A stretch of DNA of 64,000 nucleotides, from the NCBI GenBank assembly GCA_905480225.1, contig CAJQPO010000036.1:4423-68422 (forward strand). Reading direction: 5' to 3'. The position numbers and the translations under genes are program-made. This DNA comes from an uncultured Flavobacteriales bacterium (GTDB lineage Bacteria; Bacteroidota; Bacteroidia; Flavobacteriales_D; Parvicellaceae). The notes under the pieces were generated by a model that had not been told where the DNA came from, searched no databases, and saw only the letters and a list, made by a program, of their open reading frames with translations. Positions 30,726-40,812 of this stretch are shown one piece after another. Position 1 is the first letter of the stretch; every line of letters starts with the position of its first letter.

Positions 30726-31217
30726 TCACTCCATTTTCAAATATTGACCCGTATCCATATCTCTACCAATTTTGTTCGCAGGTATTACCAAGCCGTGCAT
30801 ACAAATAAATATACCTACAGGTAAGGTTTGGACGGCTGCTAGTGCCATGCCCAAATTGACATCGGCATCTGTATTTGCAAATCGTTCGGGTCGCATTGCC
30901 CCCGTGATAATAACCGTTTTTGTATTCATGTTGGCCAGAAATGCAGCCGTTTCTGCCATAGTATCCGTGCCATGAGTTACTATTACCTTATCACATTCTA
31001 CTTCTTGAATCAAGCCATGTAACGCGCTTCTATCTTCCTCTGTTATTTCGAGACTGTCTTTTTTGCAAGCTGTTAACAACACATATTCAAAAGAAGGGTT
31101 TATTTTTTTTAAAATTCTTTTAAACGCAGGATCATGGATTTCAAAAGCCCAACCCTTGGTTGACTTCGGGTAGTCTTTATCTATTGTTCCGCCGGTTTGG
31201 ATCAATGCAATTTTCAT
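30726..31217 (-). CDS. Asparaginase N-terminal-domain-only protein (163 aa)
   Basis: The start is reassigned to the ATG at 31217 (MKIALIQTGGTIDK). TGGTID and HGTDTM motifs of L-asparaginase/GatD-type enzymes are present, and no C-terminal domain. Confidence 0.7.
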   Translation of the reverse strand: MKIALIQTGGTIDKDYPKSTKGWAFEIHDPAFKRILKKINPSFEYVLLTACKKDSLEITEEDRSALHGLIQEVECDKVIVTHGTDTMAETAAFLANMNTKTVIITGAMRPERFANTDADVNLGMALAAVQTLPVGIFICMHGLVIPANKIGRDMDTGQYLKME

Positions 31218-31218
31218 T

Positions 31219-34200
31219 TTAGTCTCGCTTAAGGTCCTTGTATTGATTGAATAATTTAGGCGTATGCTTAGCAACTTCTTCCTGGTATTCTACCCATATT
31301 GTGGAAAAAAGGCTATTAATCATGTTGACAACGGAATCGGTTTTAATCCTGGCAGTTCGAGCAGCAAACGCAGCTGTCGTTGTTGGTTCACCCTTTGATG
31401 ACATAATATGAGATGAGGCCGAATATAAATACGTATTGAGTTTGCGAGAATTGTCTTGATATCCTGAAAGGCCTTTTGCCTGCATAAAAATTTCCTGCAT
31501 TTTCACAATCGTATCATTAACCTTCTTCCCAAGGGTTTTAATGGCTTCTTGAATGGTGTCCTCTTCAAGTTCAAATTGAACATTTACTCGATGAATGGTT
31601 TCTTGCGCATCAATGAGTCTTTCCATGGCCAATCTGGCCAGCTCAATAGTTTCTTTGTGTTGATTCCAAAGCGTTCTATTTGCTCGAATGTCTTCCAAAT
31701 TTGAAGTAATTCTAGGGTCTGGTTTAACGTCAATGGTAACAGAATCAGAATATGTTCCATAGGTTAAAAGAAGTTTATATTTACCAGGAATTACTTTAGG
31801 CCCCCAGCTATCTTTCGCATCAGGTTTTACTTTTTTTCTAGACGGATAATGCACTCCTTTTTCATTCAAGTACCATGGAACAACTTGCAAGCCCGTATCA
31901 ACTTCTTGTGTGTAAGTATACAAAGTGTCCGCCACCGTATTCAAAACCATTACTTGTATTTCTTTCCAGTTTTCATCTTTACTTTTACTTGCATCGACTT
32001 CTACTTCAGCACCTTTTTGGTCTACTTCGTCTATTTCTTTTTTCGGGTTCTTGATCCAAACTTTAATCTCCGCATTATTGGATTGATTTTCTCCTTCAAA
32101 ATAGCCGTCAGCTCTAAAACGAACACCTGATGCCGGCAGCGTATTCATCTGATAAGCTTCTTCAACACCAAATACATAAAAATCATTTTTAGGCCATTCT
32201 CCAAACGTTTTTGCCAGCTCCCTCAACGGTCTTATGTCATTCAAAATATAAATTGCTCTTCCAAAAGTTCCTAGCACTAAATCATCCTCTCTCTCCTGAA
32301 TTTTCATATCCATGGTAGAAACAGATGGATAGTCCTTATCCCACTTGGTCCATGTCCCACCTTTGTTGATAGAAAAGTACAACCCATTTTCAGTACCTAG
32401 GAACAATAACTTATCTTCTTTTGGGTCTTGTACAAAACTCAAAGCATGACCACTGACTTTCTTTTCATCAGCTATGCGAACAAATGTCTCTCCCAAATCT
32501 GTTGTCTTAAATAGATAAGGCGTCCAGTCATTTCTTCTGTAATCATTAACAACGATATAGGCTTCTTTTTCCGAATGCGGTGAAGCGAATATTTGCGGTA
32601 CCCAAAAACCTTTTTTTGGACCTGCAATTTTCATGGATAAGTTGTTCCAACTTTTACCGCCATCAAGTGTCAATTGTACATTCCCATCATCCGTGCCAAC
32701 CCAAATAATGTCTTTATTAATCGGACTTGGTTCAATACATAAAATAGTGGTATGATTCTCAGCTCTTGTAGCATCGATAGTCAATCCACCACTTTTATGT
32801 TGCTCTTGTTTTGTTGAATCGTTGGTCGTCAAATCCGGACTAATAATTTGCCAATCCTTTCCTTTATTCTGAGAATAGTGCACAAATTGACTTCCAAAAT
32901 AAATACCTTTTGAATTGTGAGGATCTTGTGACATTGCCGCATTCCAATTAAACCTTAAATAGTTTCCATCTGGATGAACAGGTTGAATATACTCAGTATG
33001 ACCTGTTTCTGAATCATAATAATAAACATTGCCTCCCTGATACATCGCATATCCATATCGGTTATCCTCAGGATCTGGGAGCACATCAAATCCATCTCCA
33101 AACATGACCTCTTGCCACTCAAAGTTAGAAATACCACCATTTTTATTAACCTGACTCGGTCCTACATAGGATCCATTGTCTTGCATGCCACCATAAACAT
33201 TATACGGGAAATCGTTATCAATATTTATGTGGTAAAATTGGGCTACCGGAATGTTCTCCACAAATCTCCAAGTTTTTGCTCTATCATAGGTAATATTCAA
33301 ACCCCCATCGTTACCTTCGATAATGTGATTGGAATTACTTGGATTAATCCAGATGGCGTGATGATCGGGATGCACTCCTTGCCCAGTGTAAGGAATAATT
33401 ACTTCGAAAGTTTTTCCCCCATCTTCGCTACGTGTAATGTAGGTGTGTAGACTGTAAATCCTATTTTCATTCAATGGATCTACAAAAATATCTGCGTAAT
33501 AAAATGGCCTGTTTCCTACATTTTTGGTGGCCATTTTCTCCCAGTTAAAACCTCCATCAAGCGATTTATACAACGCAATTTCTTTACTCTCCACTAATGC
33601 ATAAACTACTTTAGAATTTGATGCAGCAATTGCCAAGCCAATCCTTCCCAGCTCCCCCTTTGGTAGCCCGTCTTTTTCTGTCCGCTTTGTCCAAGTATCG
33701 CCTCCATCAAAAGAAACATAAAGGCCTGAACCTTCTCCGCCAGAATTAAAAAACCACGGTTCCCTTTTATGCTCCCACATGGAAGCAATTAACTTATTGG
33801 GATTCGAAGGGTCAACAACTAAATCCGCACATCCTGTAAGACTATTGATATAAAGTACTTTTTTCCAATTGTCGCCCCCATCAATGGTTTTATAAACCCC
33901 TCTTTCAGCATTAGAACCCCAAGGACTTCCAAGAGCTCCAGCGTAAACAATATCCGGATTGTCCCTGTCAATAATAATCCGGTGGATCGTCTTGGTCTTC
34001 TCCAATCCTTTTAATTCCCAAGTTCTGCCACCATCAATACTTTTATATATTCCAGCACCGGAAGAATGAGAGTTTCGAGGGTTTCCCTCACCTGTTCCTG
34101 CCCAAATAACATCTGGATTTGATTGCTGTATTGTTATTGAACCAATGGATTGAAGCGACTGCTTATCAAATAAAGGGTCCCATGATAAACCTGCATTCGT

Positions 34201-34407
34201 TGATTTCCAAACTCCGCCAGAGGCTGTTCCAATATAAATTTCATTGGTTCGGCTGTTAACGACATCAATACAAGTAATTCGGCCACTCATCCCCGCGGGG
34301 CCAATCGCATGTGTCTGGATTCCATTAAATTGGGAAATATCAACTTTCTGTGCATTGATAATCGTAGCAAGTAGTAGGAGCTCAAATAGTAAGATGCATT
34401 TTTTCAT
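31219..34407 (-). CDS. Secreted BNR/Asp-box repeat (sortilin/VPS10-like) beta-propeller protein
   Basis: Signal peptide, plus at least 9 S.DGG.TW-type Asp-boxes (STNAGLSW, SIDGGRTW, TIDGGDNW, SFDGGDTW, SLDGGFNW, SEDGGKTF, TLDGGKSW, SINKGGTW...). 1062 aa. Confidence 0.75.
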   Translation of the reverse strand: MKKCILLFELLLLATIINAQKVDISQFNGIQTHAIGPAGMSGRITCIDVVNSRTNEIYIGTASGGVWKSTNAGLSWDPLFDKQSLQSIGSITIQQSNPDVIWAGTGEGNPRNSHSSGAGIYKSIDGGRTWELKGLEKTKTIHRIIIDRDNPDIVYAGALGSPWGSNAERGVYKTIDGGDNWKKVLYINSLTGCADLVVDPSNPNKLIASMWEHKREPWFFNSGGEGSGLYVSFDGGDTWTKRTEKDGLPKGELGRIGLAIAASNSKVVYALVESKEIALYKSLDGGFNWEKMATKNVGNRPFYYADIFVDPLNENRIYSLHTYITRSEDGGKTFEVIIPYTGQGVHPDHHAIWINPSNSNHIIEGNDGGLNITYDRAKTWRFVENIPVAQFYHINIDNDFPYNVYGGMQDNGSYVGPSQVNKNGGISNFEWQEVMFGDGFDVLPDPEDNRYGYAMYQGGNVYYYDSETGHTEYIQPVHPDGNYLRFNWNAAMSQDPHNSKGIYFGSQFVHYSQNKGKDWQIISPDLTTNDSTKQEQHKSGGLTIDATRAENHTTILCIEPSPINKDIIWVGTDDGNVQLTLDGGKSWNNLSMKIAGPKKGFWVPQIFASPHSEKEAYIVVNDYRRNDWTPYLFKTTDLGETFVRIADEKKVSGHALSFVQDPKEDKLLFLGTENGLYFSINKGGTWTKWDKDYPSVSTMDMKIQEREDDLVLGTFGRAIYILNDIRPLRELAKTFGEWPKNDFYVFGVEEAYQMNTLPASGVRFRADGYFEGENQSNNAEIKVWIKNPKKEIDEVDQKGAEVEVDASKSKDENWKEIQVMVLNTVADTLYTYTQEVDTGLQVVPWYLNEKGVHYPSRKKVKPDAKDSWGPKVIPGKYKLLLTYGTYSDSVTIDVKPDPRITSNLEDIRANRTLWNQHKETIELARLAMERLIDAQETIHRVNVQFELEEDTIQEAIKTLGKKVNDTIVKMQEIFMQAKGLSGYQDNSRKLNTYLYSASSHIMSSKGEPTTTAAFAARTARIKTDSVVNMINSLFSTIWVEYQEEVAKHTPKLFNQYKDLKRD

Positions 34408-34459
34408 GGGCCTAAAGTTAATAAATCAACGCATCGATATATCCTTTTAAAAATGCGTA

Positions 34460-35425
34460 TTACTTATTTAAAAGTGCAAATTCTTTTGCTGCATAAGTGA
34501 GAATAACATCGGCGCCTGCTCTCTTGATACTTAACAACATTTCTTGCATGGAGTCATTGTAATCCAGCCAGCCATTTTGAGCGGCTGCCTTTAACATTGC
34601 GTATTCGCCTGAAACATTATAAGCGGCAATTGGTATATTGAAATCTTTCTTCAGCATGTGTATAATATCCAAATAACACAGTGCAGGTTTCACCATTAAA
34701 AAATCGGCTCCCTCACTTTCATCCAGTTCAGCTTCTCGAATTGCTTCGTATTTATTACCAGGATCCATTTGATACGATTTCTTATCTCCGCTTTTAGGAG
34801 CTGAATCTAATGCATCTCTAAACGGCCCATAAAAAGCGCTAGCGTATTTAGCTGTATAAGACATAATAGATACTTCTTCATGTCCATGAGCATCCAGTTC
34901 TTCCCTAATGTACTCGACTCTGCCATCCATCATATCTGACGGACCTATTATGTCTATTCCAGCATCGGCTTGAGCTATGGCCATTTTTGCTAAAATCGGC
35001 AGTGTTTCGTCATTCAAGATTTTCCCATCTACAACTAGCCCATCATGACCATCAGAAGAATAAGGATCCATGGCGACATCGCTAATTAAACAACTATCCG
35101 GGAATTCCTTTTTGATAGCACTTATTGCCTTTAAATAAAAATTTCGCTCATTGTAGGAGTAGCTGGCATCTGCATCCTTTAGGCTATCATCCAACCCCGG
35201 AAATAATACAAATGAATTTATACCCAATTTGACGCAACTTTCCAACTCAGGCAATAACATGTCTAAAGACCACCTGTTCTGACCAGGTAAACTTAAAATT
35301 GGATCAGCTATTTGTTTACCATCAACTAAAAACAACGGGTAAATTAAATCGTTTACAGAAACTGCTGTCTCTCGAACCATGGAACGTACCGTTCCGGATT
35401 TTCTATTGCGCCTTGGTCGAATCAT
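34460..35425 (-). CDS. hemB: Porphobilinogen synthase (delta-aminolevulinate dehydratase)
   Basis: N-terminal RPRRNR, active-site lysine regions FLMVKPALCYLDII and AYNVSGEYAMLKAA. 321 aa. Confidence 0.9.
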   Translation of the reverse strand: MIRPRRNRKSGTVRSMVRETAVSVNDLIYPLFLVDGKQIADPILSLPGQNRWSLDMLLPELESCVKLGINSFVLFPGLDDSLKDADASYSYNERNFYLKAISAIKKEFPDSCLISDVAMDPYSSDGHDGLVVDGKILNDETLPILAKMAIAQADAGIDIIGPSDMMDGRVEYIREELDAHGHEEVSIMSYTAKYASAFYGPFRDALDSAPKSGDKKSYQMDPGNKYEAIREAELDESEGADFLMVKPALCYLDIIHMLKKDFNIPIAAYNVSGEYAMLKAAAQNGWLDYNDSMQEMLLSIKRAGADVILTYAAKEFALLNK

Positions 35426-35923
35426 ATATCATTGCTTAAATCGATGCAAATATAAACAATGATTACACAGTTGCGGATTAATCCTTATTTGTTATTCTGA
35501 AATCGAAATTTGTGAATTAAACCTTATATTTCTTGTTAAAAGTTTTCATTAGAAATCCCCTTCGTTTATCTCCGATTCTTAAATTATAAGTGCCCGAGGG
35601 AAAGACCTTGGATGTACAAGACATTATCATAATTACTCTTTTAAAAAATTAATTCTTGTAATACAACCTCTGCTTCGTTACGAAGCAAATATTATTTTCA
35701 GCAAAATTAATGCCCCGTTCTAAAAACAGAAACAGAAATCCGTGCAATATGGACTCCTATGAATTTGTACCAATTTGGAACTATACCTATTTGTTAAAAA
35801 ATGATGTTTTTCCTGCGAAATGGAGAAGTACGCAGGGTAGAAACAGAAAATGAATAAATAATTTGCATCTTAGTATATGCGATTCTAAGCAAATTAAAAA
35901 TAATCTTTCGAGGAATTCGTTAA

Positions 35924-36166
35924 ATGAAAAACGCTTTAAATTCAGGTAATGAACAACCAAACAATCCGCTACATGGCGTAAAATTGGTTGATATGCTAAC
36001 CAATCTCGTTGAAAGTTATGGATGGGAAGCACTTTCCTCAAAAATTAACATTAATTGTTTTCGTAACAACCCTTCTATTAAATCAAGTTTAAAATTTTTA
36101 AGGAAAACACCATGGGCAAGGGCTAAAGTAGAACAATTGTACTTGAAATGGTTACGAGAATCTTGA
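35924..36166 (+). CDS. VF530/DUF2132 family small DNA-binding-like protein
   Basis: [22 protein letters not shown]...[16 protein letters not shown] matches my recollection of the DUF2132 signature. 80 aa. Confidence 0.65.
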   Translation: MKNALNSGNEQPNNPLHGVKLVDMLTNLVESYGWEALSSKININCFRNNPSIKSSLKFLRKTPWARAKVEQLYLKWLRES

Positions 36167-36201
36167 TAACACTCCTGTAAAAATTAAAATTGATGCGCTC
36201 G

Positions 36202-39009
36202 TTAGTTTTTGATAAAAGGCTTCATGCAGAACTTGCCTGAATTGTCAGTGATTTTTAAAATATAAGTTCCAGCAGAAAGTTCTTGAACATTTAAGGAGAT
36301 GTTGTCAATTATTTGATAAGTGAGAAGCACTTGACCTGTCACAGAAAGCACATCAAGCTTGTTAGAATTATCCCATTCCTCTGGCAAATCAATGTGAATA
36401 AAATCGTCTACTGGATTAGGATATATCAGCGCATTTTCCAGGTTCTGATCCTCAATATTTAGAGCCAATTCCTCCTGGATAGTTTGCTCCGGCAAATATT
36501 CACATCTTTCCCATTTATCACCATTATACCATTGACCAGTATGCAATTTGAATCTAGTACCCGTATATAGCTCGCTCAATAAAAACTCATACGTTGAATC
36601 TTGATGCAAATCAACTAGAGAATCCAGCACCATATCTTCCAATATTAAACACGGAATTTCCTCGAGCAACTCAATTCCTTCAAAATTCATTGTATGAATT
36701 CCCGTTTCTCCTGCATATGCTTTTAAAAATGTGGAATAGTGAGCTGAATTACTGTGAATAGCATTAATACTATAATCCTGCGCACCAAGATCAAAAGATA
36801 AACTGGGCGCAGTCTCTTCAGGACTATAAAGTTTAGAACCATCTTTATCATCAACATCAATTGAGGCATCATCTCTCCATACTAATATGGCTTCATCATA
36901 AAATGTGTTTACTGCTGACGAAAGGTGTATTCTTAATTTTGATTGATGACCTATTGATTTAACAAATCTTGCATCGATTTCGGTTTTGTCATCTTCTGTA
37001 AAAGTCAACGAAGGATTAATGTCATTAGCATGCACCCAAAAAGCCTGAGAAGAAGCAATATTCGCACCAACACCATTTGTTCCAAAGCCACCAGTTCCTC
37101 CTACATATAGGCCATAATTCGCAGCCGTTGCGTTCCAAATCCACAAGGCATTGTCAATCGCCTCCTTACTAAAACTAGAGATATTGTCCCAATCTACCGA
37201 GCAAACGTATGGATTCCCAATTAAATTCCATCCCTCCTGGTCACTTGCTCCAGCATCATCCTGAAAATCTAATGCTATACTTTGGGTTCCAACAACAGGA
37301 GAACCTGAAACTTCTAGCGTTCTTGTAACTGCGCCAATATATACCCTATGTCCATGGTTAAAATCAATATTGTCAGCAATACTAACCGCGCTAGACCAGC
37401 CATTATTTTTATCTCCATCCGCATTATTTTCATCATAAGTATAGACACTTGTCCAACCAAATCCCGGATAATCAGAACCAGAAAATCCGGTCATTATAAT
37501 ACCGTCATTTTGCCACTCTGACAAGGTTTGATTTAACACTCCAGATGAAATTTCTCTCCAGCCCTGATTCGTCATTTCCAGGTATCGTTGAATCGCTATT
37601 TCTCCAACAAAAGGGCTATTAAAAGCACATGTAGCCACTCCAGCATGCACCAATCCTTGAGTAGGAGTTGGTCCATCATTAAATTCCATATTCCCTAACG
37701 GATCGTTAAACCTGTAAGAGTTCTCATTTTCGTATAAACCTGCAGAATAAGTCAATTCATATGTTGAACCATTAGGTATGTTTATTACTTCTGTTGAACC
37801 AAGGCCTTCTGCATTAAATATACCATATTCAGCACCGTCTATATCTATTCGAATTGTGCCACCATCCCAACCATCACCGAAAGCATCTCTCATTATCAAT
37901 TCATATTGACATAAATTTCTAACTGCTGTCATTCTGCCCGTTGCAAATGAATTAGATTCTAGCGTTACTAAATTATTTGAAGTGAAATTACCCCCTTTTA
38001 AGCGAAGACTTCCCAAAATTTCATAGGTTCCAGAGTTCAACGTAACCCCTGCATCTGATCTAATTTCAAGATTATTAAACAACTGATTATTCGCTCCGTT
38101 CATTTGATTAGGACCAGAGCTTACTCCCTTAAATCGAACTGTAGACCGTGTACCTGTAAACAAACCATCCATGAGCCAATCACCGTAAATATTTAACGTT
38201 TCAGAACCACTAATTCCTAAGGTTGCACCAGTCTCTACACTGATGCTTTTAGTAGTCGCATCAGAACCCGTTATTATTGGCTGAAAAATGGTTGTAGCAG
38301 GCACAACAGCATCCATAGATTTACTCGGCACTCCGGCGCTCCAGTTATTTTGATTAAACCAATCACTATCTACAGCACCAATCCAAGTTGTCGATGTTCC
38401 TGGCACAAAAACGATTCTGATTTGTGGTTTATTCGAATTTACCGTAGTTGGTGTTGATCCACATGAACTCCCATTCATATCTGTCCAACTGAATCGATAT
38501 CCATTGGTTGTTGAATAAATTCTGGATTGACCGGATGGACTCCAAGCAGAAACCGCACTCCAACATACTTCTACTCCAATACTACTAATCCCATCCCAAA
38601 CGAATGTCTGATCATCAAGGGTCAACATGTCCCAGTCCCCGGCTGTTGGAGCATAGGTAAATCCGTTTTTAACTGTTGTCCAGCCCGTCAAACCCAGCGC
38701 TGCAGATACATCTGTTGCCGAAGTATGCTTTATTTTAATTGTATAATTTGGAAGATTGTTAGCTGGAGCTCCAGTAATATAAAACCCTAATTCTGTAATG
38801 GGACTAATGGAAGAAGCACCAGCTGCAGCCAATTCTGATTGCGTATAAACAAACTGGCATACTGTTCTCCTAAAGTAGATATTTACAGGGCCCGAAGATA
38901 GTTGATATTGATCTGCGGTTCCAGAACCTAACTCAATGGTCTGCGCTTTACCTTCTGACAACAGAGATATAGCAACTAAAACAAGGAAAGAGGCAAAAAT
39001 CCTTGACAT
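36202..39009 (-). CDS. Large secreted protein with type A T9SS C-terminal sorting domain, function unknown
   Basis: The start is reassigned to the ATG at 39009 (MSRIFASFLVLVAISLLSEGKAQ). The C-terminus (LIYPNPVDDFIHIDL...LSAGTYILKITD...) is T9SS-CTD-like. There is an internal FGDGWDGG segment. Confidence 0.7.
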   Translation of the reverse strand: MSRIFASFLVLVAISLLSEGKAQTIELGSGTADQYQLSSGPVNIYFRRTVCQFVYTQSELAAAGASSISPITELGFYITGAPANNLPNYTIKIKHTSATDVSAALGLTGWTTVKNGFTYAPTAGDWDMLTLDDQTFVWDGISSIGVEVCWSAVSAWSPSGQSRIYSTTNGYRFSWTDMNGSSCGSTPTTVNSNKPQIRIVFVPGTSTTWIGAVDSDWFNQNNWSAGVPSKSMDAVVPATTIFQPIITGSDATTKSISVETGATLGISGSETLNIYGDWLMDGLFTGTRSTVRFKGVSSGPNQMNGANNQLFNNLEIRSDAGVTLNSGTYEILGSLRLKGGNFTSNNLVTLESNSFATGRMTAVRNLCQYELIMRDAFGDGWDGGTIRIDIDGAEYGIFNAEGLGSTEVINIPNGSTYELTYSAGLYENENSYRFNDPLGNMEFNDGPTPTQGLVHAGVATCAFNSPFVGEIAIQRYLEMTNQGWREISSGVLNQTLSEWQNDGIIMTGFSGSDYPGFGWTSVYTYDENNADGDKNNGWSSAVSIADNIDFNHGHRVYIGAVTRTLEVSGSPVVGTQSIALDFQDDAGASDQEGWNLIGNPYVCSVDWDNISSFSKEAIDNALWIWNATAANYGLYVGGTGGFGTNGVGANIASSQAFWVHANDINPSLTFTEDDKTEIDARFVKSIGHQSKLRIHLSSAVNTFYDEAILVWRDDASIDVDDKDGSKLYSPEETAPSLSFDLGAQDYSINAIHSNSAHYSTFLKAYAGETGIHTMNFEGIELLEEIPCLILEDMVLDSLVDLHQDSTYEFLLSELYTGTRFKLHTGQWYNGDKWERCEYLPEQTIQEELALNIEDQNLENALIYPNPVDDFIHIDLPEEWDNSNKLDVLSVTGQVLLTYQIIDNISLNVQELSAGTYILKITDNSGKFCMKPFIKN

Positions 39010-39480
39010 AAAAATAGAATGTAGTTTCGTTTTAAACGCGTTATTATTGCAGTAAAAGTAAGACAAAAAACCTTGAAAGACAAGGGTTTCTGAAACCTTA
39101 CGACCGAGTCTTTGCTTAATGAACACAAGTAAAATTTTAATCAATTGAAGAATAATATTCAAAATAAGGAACTCTTGGTGTTTGTTTTGCCACGGATTTC
39201 CGTGCATTATTTTATGAACGTGCAAATCGCATCCTTCTCTACTCTATTTTCTTATAACCACGTCAAAATCACATCCATTTTCTTAAAAAATTCAAGGAAC
39301 CGAGACTTGAATTAAATTCGCTTAAAAATATTTGAATTTAGCAGCAAATCAACGATTGATCACTTCCTATTTATAACAAATTGAAATTCAATAATACTTT
39401 AGTTGTCCGAAGAACAAATGTTTGAGCTTTTATTACCCGTACCTATTATCATGCATGCCTTTTTGGATCAAACTCAAGAA

Positions 39481-40314
39481 CTATTTGGTCGACTTATTTC
39501 TATTCCATCTTAAATGGCCAATGTATCCTACTTGCCAATAGCCCTGCAACCATCCAATGTTTTGTTTTGCTTTGGCACGACTTTGAGTGGTTAAAATATT
39601 ATGAAGCCTTGATAACCCAGCTTTTAGTGTGCCTGAAATATAAATATGATCACAAAATGTAGACTTAAATCCCGTTTGTATAGAAATTGCTTCTCCTGCT
39701 ATATGAAATTCGTTCGCTGCTGCTTCACCTAGTACAGTAACATCACTTCTAGGAATCATAAGGCCAACTCCCCCTCCAAAGTACCAATCCGCATAATGCT
39801 TCCCATTGGAGTGTCGCCACATTAACCAATGCTTGTCAAACTCAATGCTGGCATAATTAAAGCCATCTGTGTGTTCTAAAGTCACAAGGGTAGATTCTAA
39901 GGGAACTTGAACGTCATCATAATGTCCGCTATGATTTTGGTAAGAACTGCCAATAACCCCATCTATTAAAACTTTCTGATCCGAAGCCAACACGTATTTC
40001 ATGTGGTCTAATCCTATCGAAATACTGATGTCATTGGTTACAAAATATCCGACTCGGCAGTTGTATTGTGGTATTGTAAATGTAAAAAGACCAAAATACA
40101 CGCTTGGATCGAATTCCGAAGGGAAATCAACTGCTTTCACATCATAGAGCATAAAATTATACTCCGTTCCTTCAAATTTAATATCGCTAGGCGCATAAAT
40201 GGACCTATTATACCCCCACAATCCATAAAAATTCCCTTTTCGATGAACTTCTTGACTCCAGGCAGCGGTACAAGAAGAAATGAGCAATATCAAAATTAGT
40301 ATTCGCATAAACAA
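39481..40314 (-). CDS. Hypothetical outer-membrane beta-barrel-like protein
   Basis: Signal peptide (ILILILLISSCTAAWSQ) and beta-rich alternating pattern with an aromatic-rich C-terminus. Confidence 0.5.
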   Translation of the reverse strand: MFMRILILILLISSCTAAWSQEVHRKGNFYGLWGYNRSIYAPSDIKFEGTEYNFMLYDVKAVDFPSEFDPSVYFGLFTFTIPQYNCRVGYFVTNDISISIGLDHMKYVLASDQKVLIDGVIGSSYQNHSGHYDDVQVPLESTLVTLEHTDGFNYASIEFDKHWLMWRHSNGKHYADWYFGGGVGLMIPRSDVTVLGEAAANEFHIAGEAISIQTGFKSTFCDHIYISGTLKAGLSRLHNILTTQSRAKAKQNIGWLQGYWQVGYIGHLRWNRNKSTK

Positions 40315-40735
40315 AGATAATAGAGTCTATAAGAACAGATAAAAATATTTATACTTTAATAGCATGAATTAATCGATTCGAACGTACGGGGAATAGCAAA
40401 ATTCTATATAACAAGCAAGGTTTGGATTTATTGTTTGCAATGAAACCAAAAATGAATACTACGTGAAACAAGCAGATATTATCGAAGCCAATAAGACTGG
40501 TGATTCTGGCTGTTTTTCTATTGAATCTCATCCCAAAGGACCATAAGCCATAAAAATTGTACAACAAAAGCATTAACAATCTATATTCTGACTGTTAATA
40601 AAAAATCATTTTTATAATTCAAAAGCAATTACAATATCATCTAATTGTCCATGCTAAAAATACAATCAGACCTTTTATTTTTTGCCTAAAAACTATTGTA
40701 CACAATGGTTAAATTCAAGACATTTGATCTCGTAA

Positions 40736-40786
40736 GTGTTAGGTAGAAAAAACATAAATATTGTGATTATTCATTCGAAAGAGTGA
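40736..40786 (+). promoter_or_regulatory. Candidate ilv leader peptide ORF (16 codons, GTG start)
   Basis: GTG TTA GGT AGA AAA AAC ATA AAT ATT GTG ATT ATT CAT TCG AAA GAG TGA translates as (M)LGRKNINIVIIHSKE*. The Ile/Val run lies 27 nt upstream of a terminator hairpin. Confidence 0.3.
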
Positions 40787-40812
40787 GAAGGCATTGCTTA
40801 TGTGAAAAAGTT

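Noticed and set aside
35787-36041. 84-aa minus-strand ORF overlapping the start of the DUF2132 gene
   Set aside because: It overlaps a recognisable conserved small protein on the other strand, and its sequence is Leu/Phe/Cys-rich without features.
40349-40579. 76-aa minus-strand ORF in the long gap upstream of ilvE
   Set aside because: Its composition is Phe/Leu/Ile-rich as expected from random AT-rich DNA. It has no signal or motif and no partner genes, so I treat it as noncoding.
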